A stretch of 63,663 nucleotides of DNA, taken from the NCBI RefSeq assembly GCF_001194135.2, contig NC_069004.1:13267166-13330828 (forward strand), given 5' to 3'. A model generated the notes under the pieces. It made no database searches. It was not told the DNA's origin and saw only the letters and a program-made list of their open reading frames with translations. Position 1 is the first letter of the stretch. Each line of letters begins with the position of its first letter. Shown here one piece after another: positions 23,995-35,921 of this stretch. The position numbers and the translations under genes are program-made. The stretch comes from Octopus bimaculoides (taxonomy: Eukaryota).

Positions 23995-25125
23995 TGACAA
24001 TAATGGGTTTGAATTTTGGCACATGGCCAGCAATTTCAGAGCAGGGGTAAATGAATTGTATTGCTCCCAGCAAAAGTCAACTTCAGCAAGATTTGAACGC
24101 AGAACATAAAGATGGGAAAAAAATGCTACTAAGCATTTTGTCTGGCATGCTAATGATTCTACCAGCTCACCACCTTAATAACAATAACAATTCTTTCCAC
24201 AACAAGTTCAAGGTCTGAAATTTTAGAGGAGGGGGCTAGTCAATTACATCACCCCCAATGCTTGACTCTCACTTTATTGACCCCAAAAGGATGAAAGACA
24301 AAGCTGACCTCAGTAGCATTTGAAATCAGAATGTAAAGATGGATCAAATGCCATTAAGCATTTTGCTTGGCATGCTAACAATTCTGTTAGCTTGTCACCT
24401 TTAATTATCTCAGATTTTGACACAAGGCCATCTACTTTTTAGGGGTGACGGGTTAATTGGTTACACTGACCCCTGTGCTCAACTGGTACTCATTTTATCG
24501 ACCCTGAAAGGATGAAAGGTAAATTTAACCTTGGTAGAATTTGAACTCAGGATGTAGAAATGGATGATTGCTGCTAAGCATTTTGTCCAGTGTGCTAACA
24601 ATTCTGCCAGCTAGCTACCTTAAAAATAATAACAATAAGCCAGCGAGCTGGCAGAATCGTTAGCACACAGGACAAAATGCTTAGCGACATTTCATTCGCT
24701 TTTACATTCTGAGTTCAAATTCCGCTGAGGTTGACTTTGCCTTTCATCCTTTTGAAATCAATAAAATAAGTATCAGTTGCGCACTGGGGTCGATGTAATT
24801 GACTTTCACCCTCCTCTGAAATTGTTAGAAGAAATAAGAAATGCTACAAAGTATTTTGTCTGGTATGACAGCTAACTGCCTTAATAATAATAATAATAAT
24901 AATAATAATGGTTCCAAATTTAGCCACAAGGGCAGTAGTTTTGGGGGAGGGGATGAGTTGATTACATCAACCCAAGTATTTCACTGGTACTTATTTTATC
25001 GACCCTGAAAGGATGAAAGGTAAAGTTGACCTTCGCTGAACCTAAACTCAGAACATAGAGACAGGTGAAATACCACTAAGCGTTTCATCCAGCATACTAA
25101 CGATTCTGCCAGCTCACCGCCTTAA
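23995..25125. mobile_element. Intronic cluster of 5 family B SINEs (4 minus, 1 plus)
   Basis: Minus copies at about 23995, 24200, 24420 and 24910; plus copy at about 24640-24830. Confidence 0.85.
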
Positions 25126-25374
25126 TAATAATAATTAATTATTTTATTAGTCAGAAGGGCTCACATACAATAACATTAAAGGACAAAAACATATAAAAGC
25201 ATATAAAAGACAAAAACAGGACAATACAGTGGGTTTACCGTGTGTAAACAAAGCATAACAATAAAAAATTAAACAAATTGAAACTTCCAATAGGGGACGT
25301 GCTTTAAGATCCACTATAGCCCCAAAACTGACCAAAGCCTTGTGAGTAGATTTGGTAGAAGGGAACTGACTGAA

Positions 25375-25459
<85 letters not shown>

Positions 25460-25465
25460 CGCGCG
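25375..25465. repeat. (TG)n followed by (CG)n microsatellite
   Basis: Directly visible. Confidence 0.95.
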
Positions 25466-25775
25466 TCTCTCTCTGTCTGTTTTGATATCATATGAATGTT
25501 GGCAACAAGACATCCAGCCACAGAAAATGTATCGTGGCAAATTCCATTTGACCCATGAAAGTATGGAAAAGTGGACATTAAATGAGGACACACACACAGA
25601 GTTTCTGCACAATTTCTATTTGCCAAATTCTAAAGACAGGGTACTAATCAATGCTAAGTCAAAAGACACCTGCCCAAGATGACTGAATTTCAAACTACAA
25701 GGTTGCAAAGTAAATGTTTTACCCACAAAACCATTCATGCACCCATTTGTCTCCTTGTCCATTTGTTTTTTTTAA

Positions 25776-25993
25776 CCCTTTAGCATTTAAACTGGTTAAA
25801 TCTGGCCCAAACATTCTACCAGCTTTGTCCACACTGGCCAGATCTGGCATCTCACACCCACCATACACTGTCATTCTAAAAATATACAATCACATTATTG
25901 AAATCTTGAAGCTACATAATAATGTATGAGGAATTCAAAATAATGCGAATAAATAAGGGTTACATTTGACAGAGTAATCTGAATGCTGAAGGG
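25776..25993. mobile_element. piggyBac-type MITE
   Basis: TTAA on both flanks (25772-75, 25994-97); TIRs CCCTTTAGCATT / AATGCTGAAGGG. Second copy at 47385. Confidence 0.8.
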
Positions 25994-26089
25994 TTAAAGG
26001 GATTTTTTTTTTTTTTTTACTCTATTCTTAACGCTTCAAAATAATATATAGGAAGTGTTAAACCACTGTAGCCAACTGAGCAGATAACT

Positions 26090-26416
26090 AACTGGCACTC
26101 TGTCAGTTACAACGATGAGGGTTCCAGCTGATCTGATCAACGGAACAGCCTGCTCCTGAAATTAATGTGCATGTGACTTAGTCTCTACAGACACGTGTAC
26201 CCTTAATGTAGTTTGCAAGGAGAATCAATGTATCACACAGTATGACAAGGCTGGCCCTTTGAAACAGGTACTACTCATGTTTGCCAGCTGAGTGGACTGG
26301 AGCAATGTGAAATGGAGTGTCTTGCTCAAGGACATAGTGTGCCACTGGGAATTGAACTCATGACCTTACGATTATGAGCTGAATACCCTAACCACTAAGC
26401 CATGTGCCTTCACTAG
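26090..26416 (-). mobile_element. tRNA-derived SINE with 14-bp TSD
   Basis: CTGAGCAGATAACT at 26076-26089 and 26417-26430. Confidence 0.9.
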
Positions 26417-26520
26417 CTGAGCAGATAACTCTGCCTAAATAGAGGAGAAAGGAGGAAATGGCAACATAGCTATTAGTTAGAATGTAGAAAAGGGTAAAGC
26501 AAAAAGAGGAGTCTACTTAC

Positions 26521-28891
26521 CAGTGAGCAATGGAATTATAGCAGCAGCTGTAGCATCTCCAACAATATTGTAACCATTCATTATGATGGCTCCAAGAGAT
26601 TCTTTCAGATGTTTATAAGACAACGGTAGTTTACGTTGGAAAGACAAGTGAGATAAGGAATCAAGTCCATAGATGAGAATATTCAGAGGAATTGTGTTCA
26701 AATGCACAAACTGAGGGATGTCTGAAATCCGTTGAAATACCTCAGGTTTTGGATAGATTTGAACAAAGAACTGTTCAATATCTGGAAGCTGGTTGTAAAT
26801 ACCATATTGTTCGGGTGGAAGATTTAAGTAGGTTTCTTTGGAATTATCGTAGTATAAGGTATCAGTCATATCTTCAATATCGAAGTTATGGAAAATGTGT
26901 GATTTCTTTTCCTTCTCAGTTTTTCTTTTAGGTTTCTCAAGTTTTGGTGGAACAATCTGAAGATTATTTGGCAGGATTTTAGATTTTGTTGTATATGGGA
27001 ATCTTTTATAAGTATCTTTTGGTCTCAGTATTTGGATCATTGGGTGTGAGCTAAGTTGATTGTGAACTGCTTTGATATTTGGATGAGACTGGCTTCTAGA
27101 TTTCATTGGAGAAGAATTCAAAAATTTTACATTTACTACATCTTTTTCTTGGGATTTGGGTTTGGGTTTGGCTTCGACTTGAATTTGGTTTTCTGGGTAG
27201 ATCAAAGAATTCAATTTGGAAATAGTGGGGAGGAGCATCAGTTGAGGAATTTCTGATTCACTACTTTGGGGTAAAGACTGATGGTTGGCAGAACTGTCTG
27301 AAGGTTTAGATTTTGGCAAGATAGAACCATTTGAAGAAGAAATTATGTCATTTATAGATCTCTTCTTTGAGAGCAGATGTTTCTGTTTAGTTTTCGTAAT
27401 AATCCTGTTGCTTCTTTTCCATGGATCATTGTGATTTTTCTTGTCAATCTGTAAAGATTTAACAACATCCGGAGTTTTGAGAAATCGGCTGATGCCTTTG
27501 GAATGATTGTTTTGTTGGTTTTGTACAAAAAGATTATTGCTTGGATATGTAAGTTTCTTTGGAATTCTTTTATACTTTCCTGAACTATTTGAATTAAATA
27601 TATTTATATTGCTTGGCAGTTTAAGTGAAGAATGGGCATTTTGATGAATAATTTTCTTCACATTTTGTGCAGTGATATTGGCTAAAAGTGAACCATTTTT
27701 GTCTTGATATAAAGCACCGTTGAAAACAGAATTGAGACTGTGTCGGAATTTATCCGTAAATTTAGACTTCATAGAAGCAATAGGGTTGTTTTTATAACTC
27801 TTATTAGAGGATTTAAAAGCTACTTTTAAAGATATATCTGATGTTAAATTATTTACTTTCCCTGATGGAAAACTTCCTAATTTTTTGTAGTTGTTCCTTT
27901 TACTTCTTTGATTGGTAGATAGTAATAGACTAGGCTTATTTCTATTTTGGTATTGCCTGAGAGCTTTCACACCATATTTCATCATTGGATCAAAATTAAC
28001 ATCACTTGTTTTAAAAGAGGAACGTACCATTTTGTTGCCTAGCTTTCGAGGATTATTTCTCTGAAATTTTAAAGCATTATTCAAAAGGCTACCTTTCCGA
28101 ACTTCTCTGTCTGTGAAAGGTCTTTTTCTCATATCTTTATCACCTTTGGTAATCTTTGACACTTTTGTGGTTTCAGATTGGTCTGCAACATCTCTATATC
28201 TCAAAATTCTGTTAGCATTTAATACCAGTTTTTTGTAATGAAGTTTATCTTCAGAGTTAACATTACTTTTTTGTCTAGAAGAGAGAGATAACAGATGTCT
28301 TGTAGAATCTAAGACTATATCCTTTGTTTCAAGGAAGCATTGAACTCTGATGAAATCATGCTGTACAATAATGTTGAAAGGATAGTTGACATCATCACCA
28401 CCAATGGGTGCAGTATAAGTTGCATAGTTGTCATCAATGCGTTCTATAGCCTGATATGTGCACTGCTTGATACGGTCTCCATGAAGTAAAGCGCTGTCCA
28501 TTTTTAACTTACCATTTTCCATACTGAAAATCTCAGAACCAAAACATTGAATAGATCCAACATCATAGAAGGCATTTTTGTTTGTGTCACTCTGCAAATC
28601 CAGTTTTGGATGTTGGCAGACAATGTTCTTTGATTGAACAGTCTTATTTGGTAAGGTGGAAACAACAAGGTCATTTAGCCGAAGTGCAGATCTCTGAAAT
28701 GGATTCTTAAACCTATCTCGTATTCGATAGAAAGATGAGAATAACTGGTATTCTTTTTTCTGCTGTAGAGTAATGCTCTTGTAGATGCTGTTGTCAAATG
28801 CCAAGTTACGTAACAAAAGCAGAACGCCAATGCATATCAGGGTGACAAATGTTGGCTTGAGTTTACGATTCCACTTCCAGAAGAACAGCAT
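26521..28891 (-). CDS. DUF229-family protein, first recognisable coding exon (2371 nt): N-terminal hydrophobic anchor, Cys-containing N-domain, long insert, start of catalytic domain
   Basis: Open frame of 790 codons plus 1 nt. TM-like FVTLICIGVLLLL; CQHPKLD, CTYQAIER and DFIRVQC; LNILIYGLDSLSHLSFQRKLP and GYNIVGDATAAAIIPLLTG. Donor G|GTAAGT at 26521/26520. Confidence 0.93.
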
Positions 28892-29279
28892 TATGAAATA
28901 AAGAAGAAATGCCGCACCATAACGGATGACATTCTAATAAAGACAGAAATAAAGAAACGTAAGAATTATACAATGTACAGGAACAAAGAGTTTTTAATAG
29001 ATTCTGGGGAAGGGAAAGAAGGTAAGGGAAGGTGTCTATTGTGTTGAAGAAAATCATTTTTTTAAATTATCAGGCATACGATCAAAGCTATCCCAGCTGT
29101 GACCAACACAACCTTTATTTAAATAAAATCTAGACAGCACAGATTATATAATTTTAAATGGTTTTCTTCTTAAGACAAACATTAGGTGATAAAAGAAAAA
29201 TTTGGCAGCTGTTTCTCATACTAAGCAGTTATCTGTATGTATAGCTTTTGTGCATACATGTGTATGTGTACATACATAT

Positions 29280-29640
29280 GTTGTTGTTGGCACTCCGTCG
29301 CTTACGACATCAAGGGTTCCAGTTGATCCGATCAACGGAAAAGCCTGCTAGTGAAATTAACGNNNNNNNNNNACGGAAAAGCCTGCTAGTGAAATTAACG
29401 TGCAAGTGGCTGAGCACTCCACAGACATGTGTACCCTTAACGTAGTTCTTGGGGATATCCAGTATGACACAGTGTGACAAGGCTGGCCATTTGAAATACA
29501 GGTACAACAGGAACAGGAGCCTCATGAAGCTTTAGGTGTTTTCGCTCAATAAACACTCACAACGCCCGGTCTGGGAATCGAAACCGCAATCTTATCACTG
29601 CGAGTCTGCTGCCCTAACCGCTGGGCCATTGCGCCTGCAC
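29280..29640 (-). mobile_element. Family D SINE spanning a 10-N gap
   Basis: Same body as 10600-10959, with an internal deletion. Confidence 0.8.
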
Positions 29641-30140
29641 AGACATACATATACACACACATCGACAAACAGATGCAGACATGGCAATGTGGTTAGGAAG
29701 TCTGCTTCCCAACCTTATGGTCTTGGGTTCAGTTCCACTGTGTAGCACCTTGGGCAAGTGTTTTCTACTGTAATCTCAGATTGACCAAAGCTTTATGAGT
29801 GGATCTGATAGATGGAAAGTAAAAGAAACTTGTTTTGTGATTGTGTGTGTATGCATGCATAAGACTGATGAAATGCTGTGTGGTTGCCCTTGTAAACAGG
29901 CTTGTCCCTTACAACTCTCTCCAGCTGAGCATCCCAAATTTTGTGAGCTTGTAACCGCTGGTGCTACATAAAAATCACCCATGCCAGTGCTGTGTAAAAG
30001 CACCAAGTACACTCTGTGGAGTGGTTGGCATTAGGAAGAGCACTCAGCCACAGAAACCATGCCAAAACAGACATGGAGCCTGAACAGCTTTTCAGTTGGT
30101 TAGCTTCTGTCAAACCATCCAACGCATGGATGTTAAATGA

Positions 30141-30176
<36 letters not shown>

Positions 30177-30731
30177 ATAATAATATTAGGGACAAAATCT
30201 TTTTATTATATTTATCTTATGATATTTACTTTACTTTATATTATACTCATTTATTGTGCTTTTAATTATTAATTTTTCTATATGTGATAGTGGATTTTCA
30301 TNNNNNNNNNNNNNNNATATATATATATATATATATATAATATCAAGGGAAAGAAAATGGAGAATAAATGGATGTAATTACTGATTTATTTGCATGTTGC
30401 AGAAAAATGACATTTAAAAAAAAAAACATTACAAATAAAAAATTGGAAGTTGAAAGCTCAAAAAAGAAAATAACATAAGAACCTACATATATGTTTCTGT
30501 CAAACCAATAAGTTGATGGAAATCTCCAAAACATGTTTAATGTCAAAGAAATTGCTACATTCATACTATTTTTATTTTATGGTTGAACTTCAAGGTTCAA
30601 AAAGAGCTGACCCCCACTTAGGTGATCATTATATTTTTTTAATGATATGGATTGAACCAGTGGAATACCTTGGATTATATAATCCCTAATAAGGACTTAA
30701 CTACCTCGAGTTAACTATACATACACACGTA

Positions 30732-31280
30732 CAAGGTCTGACTAAAATGCATTGGGACTGATGCAATAAAAAGAAAATTATTACAATGCATATCAAATCA
30801 GCATTTAATCTCCTTCAATGTAGTCCCCTTCTGAAGTCACACACTTTATCCAGCATTGCTTCCATTGATGCAAGCATTCCTGGAACTCCATTTTTTGTGA
30901 TAGCAAGCAGCTGCCTCATCACATTCTCTTGGATTTCCTCAACTTCTTGAAATCTTGTTGGGTGTCTTCTACTGTGAAGGCAGAGCCTTAGTTTCAGGGT
31001 CATTGCCAAAGACCCATAATTAGCCACCTGCTATGACTATTTCAAAATGCTTTCATCTTCCTCAACATAACCAAGGAGGTCTTGCACAGCTGAGGCTTGA
31101 TCTTTTTGAGATGACCACACTCTACTTGCAAACACTGCTATAAACAATACAAGAGTACGGGAACATATCAGTGTGCACATGCAACAGATTTCAAGGTCAA
31201 TCTGTGCCAAGTGGCTTCACACTGTGTATTTTAGCTCTGTTACCATAGCAACAGTCTCGATACTTTTTGATGAGATCTCG
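30732..31280 (-). mobile_element. Internally deleted mariner element
   Basis: TA at both ends (30730-31, 31281-82), loosely inverted termini, and transposase C-terminal remnant RFQEVEEIQENVMRQLLAITK. Confidence 0.65.
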
Positions 31281-31282
31281 TA

Positions 31283-32135
31283 CTCTTCCATGCTGGCTTA
31301 GGATATGTTGGAAGAGGTTTTTAATTTTGGAGTTTTCCTTCTCCTAGATTGATTGCTTTCACAGCAGCTAAGGAACTCAATCTACCCTTAGAAAAATTTA
31401 TTTAACACATAGATGAGACTCTGACAGATGTTATCATTCTGGGTCAGAACGGTAATTAAGAATGGTAATTAAGGGATGACTCCATGATCCCCACAAACCC
31501 AGAACTCCCTAATTGAATCTTCACCACCAGATGCAGTTTTATGTCATACACGAAGTAGTTGCTTTCATAGTATGAATATACATTATAGGACATACCATAC
31601 CTTAGTTTCATCAGTCATACTCTTTTGTGCTGGCTTAAGAAATGTTGGGAGGGGATATTAATTTAGGAGCTTCCTTCTCCCAGATTGTTTTCACTGAAGC
31701 TAAGGAACTCAATCTACCCTAAAGAAAAAAAAAAAAGAAAATCTATTCCAGCCCCGATCAGAACGGACCTGGTAGTAATGGTAATTAAGAGGTGACCCAT
31801 GATCTNNNNNNNNNNNNNNNCACCACTGAATGCAGTTTTGTTTTATACCTGAAGTAGTTGCCTCCATAGTATGAATTAATCTATGTTACTGGACATACCT
31901 CATGTTAGTTTCGTCAGCCATACTCTTCTGTGCTGTGTTAGGGAATTTTGGAAGAGGGTGTTAATTTTGGAATTTACCTTCTAGATTGATTGCTTTCAGT
32001 GCAGCTAAGGGACTCAATCTATCCTTAGAAAACGTTATTAAATCCTAAGATGAGACCCTGACAGATACTACTGTTCCAGATCAGAAAGGACCTGGGGTTA
32101 ATGATAATTAAGAGTGACTCCACACTCACCACAAC
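31283..32135 (+). repeat. Three diverged tandem copies of a unit of about 300-335 bp
   Basis: Units start near 31283, 31619 and 31921 and share 'gctaaggaactcaatctaccct' and 'ggtaattaagag'. Confidence 0.8.
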
Positions 32136-32897
32136 TTGTTAAATTAGCTTTCTCATTTAATCAATGTAGGTTACAGTGAAGATGGTGGTTGTACTTAGGA
32201 TGGTTGTTGTGGTGGTGGTGGTGGTGGTAGCTAGTGATTAAGACACTATGACTAGCAGTTGAAGTGAAGGTGGTAGTGGTGGCTAATGGTTGAGGTAGTG
32301 GATGTTAGTGATTAATAGCTGTGGTAGTAACAGTGGTGGTGATGGAGTTAACTTTATCAAAATGCCTGAAACCACCACAGGATGGCACTATATAGATATC
32401 AAGTGGTTAGGAAGTGAATGTATTAACCACATGGCTAGCCATGCCTGAGCCTATAGCCACACCTGTGCCTATAGCCATGCCTGTACTTATATAACCATAT
32501 AAAAAGCATTGGTGCTGGTGTTATATAAAAAGCACCCAGTACACTGTGATATGGTTGGTAATATGAAGGGTGCCTAGCTGTAGAAACCATGCTGGAGCAG
32601 ACAATGGAGCCTGGAGTGACTCCCAGCCTTCTCAGCTCACGTGAAACTATCCAACACATGTCTGCATGGAAAACGGATGCTAAATGTTGATGCAGCTGAT
32701 GATGACGATTTATATACACATACATACTTAGAGAGAGAGAGAAAGAGGAGAGGGAAAGAGAGATACTAATAACTAAAGTGAAAGTAAAACAATACTTTAT
32801 TAATGATTATTGTTCTTCAACAAAGCAGCCATTAACACATTTTATTGATGTTTATTGTTCATCATAATCCTCATCATCAACATAATAATAATAATTA

Positions 32898-32929
<32 letters not shown>

Positions 32930-34329
32930 CACTATTTTCAATGCCATTGTTTCTCATTACTGTTTCATTGTTTCCATCTTTCTTGCAATTATTTCACAAA
33001 AGAATTGAACAGAAGAAATGCAATTAATGGTAAAAAAAGATGGACTCTTGTAATAGTAGCAACAAGAAGAACAACAGTAACAACAATTAATTCAGTGAAA
33101 GAATTAAAAAACAAATTGGTTTACAAGAAAATAAAACACTTTTGTTGTTGTTAATATTATTAAGATATTGGGAGAGGTTATTTTTGTGTTTGATACACCA
33201 GAGGCACCAGGGGCTGGCAATATTTCTTTCAGCTCTTTATGTTTAGAGTTCAAATACAGCCAAGGTCGACTTTGCCTTTCATCTTTTCGGGGTTTATAAA
33301 ATAAAGTACCAGTCAAGTACTGGGGTTGATGTAATCAATTAGCTTGCCTCCTTTTCTAATTGATGTCCTTGTGCTACCCAACCACATGGTCTTGGATTCA
33401 GTTCCACTGTGCGGCACTTTGGGCAAGTGTTTGCTATAACATCAGGCCAGCCAAAGCCAGTCATGTGTGTGTGTGTATGTGTCTGTGTTTGTCCCCCACC
33501 ACTGCTTGACAACTGATGTGAGTGTGTTTATGTCCCTGTAACTTAACAGTTTGGCAAAAGTGACCGATAGAATAAGTGGCAGGCTTAAAAATAAAAAAAA
33601 GTCCTGGGGTCAATTCATTCAACTAGAAATTCTTCGAGGCAGTGCCCCAGCATGGCCACAGTCTAGTGACTGAAACAAGTAAAAGTTACTGAAGCAAGCA
33701 CTTCTGAATTTGATAGACCAGAGTAATCAGGGGTTTTGTATAGGATAACCTCAAAATACAACAGGTGGGGTTTTTTCCCTTCCCACCAGTGGGACATTTT
33801 TCTTATTGACATTTTATTATCTATTGTTTTCTTTTTTAGTTAGCTTTCTTTTTCTGATCAATGTAAACTCTCTCTTTCTTTTTAGGTACTGTAATGTCCC
33901 CAATATCTTGGCCCTTGAGGATAATCCTATCATAGGTGGTGAACTGGCAGAATTGTTAGAGCATAGGATTAAATGTCTTATGGAAATTGCTTAGGATCTT
34001 AAGGTACTGAGATTGGATGCTGCTGCGGTCAACTTTGTTCCACATACTTTCAAAGTCAATAAGATAAAGTACCAATCCAGCACTGGGATCAAGGCAATCA
34101 ACTAAGCCCCTCCCATCAAAACTGCTGGCACAGTGCCTAAAAAAACAGTGACTGTTACTGCTTTCTCTCTTTCTTTCCCCTTCTTTTGTTCTAAATTCAA
34201 ACCCTGTTTCAGTAAACTTTGCCTTTCATCCTTCAAGGGGATGATAAAATTAAAGTACCAGTTATGTATTGAGGTTCATTTCTGGCTCCAGCCTTGCTGC
34301 ATCAGCTGCAAACCTGGGTGTTGCTGCAC

Positions 34330-34510
34330 ATAAAGCAAAGCAGAGAAAAATCAATAGATAAAGGAGTCTGAACAGCCACTATCAGTTTGTGCCGGTTGAT
34401 GTCAAGATGGTGTTCTCAGACCCTGTACCACCAATTTCTTCTGCAAAATAGAGACAGCAGTGGCCAGTCAGAGAATTGGGACCAACTTCATGCAAGCATG
34501 AAGGCACGCT
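34330..34510 (+). mobile_element. Possible CRE-like RLE retrotransposon C-terminal remnant
   Basis: RSLNSHYQFVPVDVK resembles the KY......FVP.A.ET motif; heavily decayed. Confidence 0.35.
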
Positions 34511-35421
34511 GGAAACTTGACTGAGGAGAGAAGGCCACGAATGACCCCCCGCCTCCTTGTTTTTTCCTGTCTGTCTTTGTATTGTCTGCCCAGATGTTTC
34601 ATTGTCGTCTGTTGCGTTCTTGTTCTAGTTTTGGGGTATTTCTATTTATAATGTTTATATCGTTGACTTTAACCTCTATAACAATCTGATACGTCATGAA
34701 CTATGCAGTAAATACAGACACACACAAGCAGATACACTCAACATAATAAATAGAAAGGGATTAGAAATAGTAAAATAACTTAAATATACACAAGAGAACT
34801 GAACACTGGGGGGTCGATGTAATCGACTAGTCCCCTCCCTGCTAATTTGAGGCTTTGTGTTTCCAGTAGAAAGGATTATTATTATAAGGCAGCAAAGTGG
34901 TAGACTTGCTGGCACATCAAACAAAACGTTTAACAGCGTCTCTTTTAGTTCTTTCAGGCCTGAGTTCAAATAAGCTGAAGAGAACTTTGCTTTTCATCCT
35001 TTTAGGGTCAATAAAATAAAATACAACATAGGGGTCAATGTAATCAACTTATTCCCTCTCCCTTAAACTGCTAGCCTAGACCCAAAATTTGAAACATTAC
35101 TGTTAGGCTAGTGAAGAGCAGAATCAGTAGACATGAGCATTTTAAGGCCATTTCCTTGGCTAAAGCAAAGGTTAGCCTTTTGGGCTCCATGACAGTCTTT
35201 TCTATTTTCCTCCATCATTTACACCTTCCTTTCGCCAATGTCTTGTCCTCATCCATTACCTATAGCCATTCCTCTTCCTCTGCTTCCTCCCACATTCATT
35301 TCCATTACTCCTCTTACCGGGTCACTGTCATTCATTGTTAGCACATGACTCAACCATTTCATCCCATTTCTCTTCACACCTCACACAGGCTCTATTCTCT
35401 TCATTCTCTGCTATTCATCGT

Positions 35422-35457
<36 letters not shown>

Positions 35458-35821
35458 CACCAAACCATTCTCACTTCTGTTCTTGTCAGATTCACTCAAC
35501 CCATGCAAACATAGTAAAAAAATTTGTTAAAATTGTTTAATCCTAGACAAAGGAAACTTAACACTGCTAACCAGTCAAACAGTGAAGTGGTAATGGAGAC
35601 AAAAATGTTGACTGTTCGTTATTTGACTGACATACCAGCTGTGACCATCCCATCTTTTATTCAGCAATTATATATCTAGAACTATGTTGTGTCCTTCCTT
35701 TCTTGAAGACAGAAAATGATTTGAAGATTTAAATACTATTTATAAAAGATAAAGTGAACATATAAACATTCCCTTATTAAAATGCTGATGATGGTGATGA
35801 TGATGACAAAAGTACATCCCA

Positions 35822-35890
35822 GATACACACACACGCACCCACGCACGCACGCACACACACGCGCGCACACGCGCACACGCGCGCACGCAC

Positions 35891-35919
<29 letters not shown>
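35822..35919. repeat. Mixed (CA)/(CG) alternating microsatellite
   Basis: Directly visible. Confidence 0.9.

Positions 35920-35921
<2 letters not shown>

Noticed and set aside
23537-24073. Overlapping ORFs 23537..24073 (-), 23562..23831 (+) and 23105..23350 (-)
   Set aside because: They are shadow frames of DUF229 exon 2; the splice phase selects the family-matching frame.
33887-33934. Plus-strand acceptor-like site followed by a short open frame (also near 8094)
   Set aside because: No convincing donor or homology, and it runs into a SINE head; polypyrimidine-AG motifs are common in this DNA.
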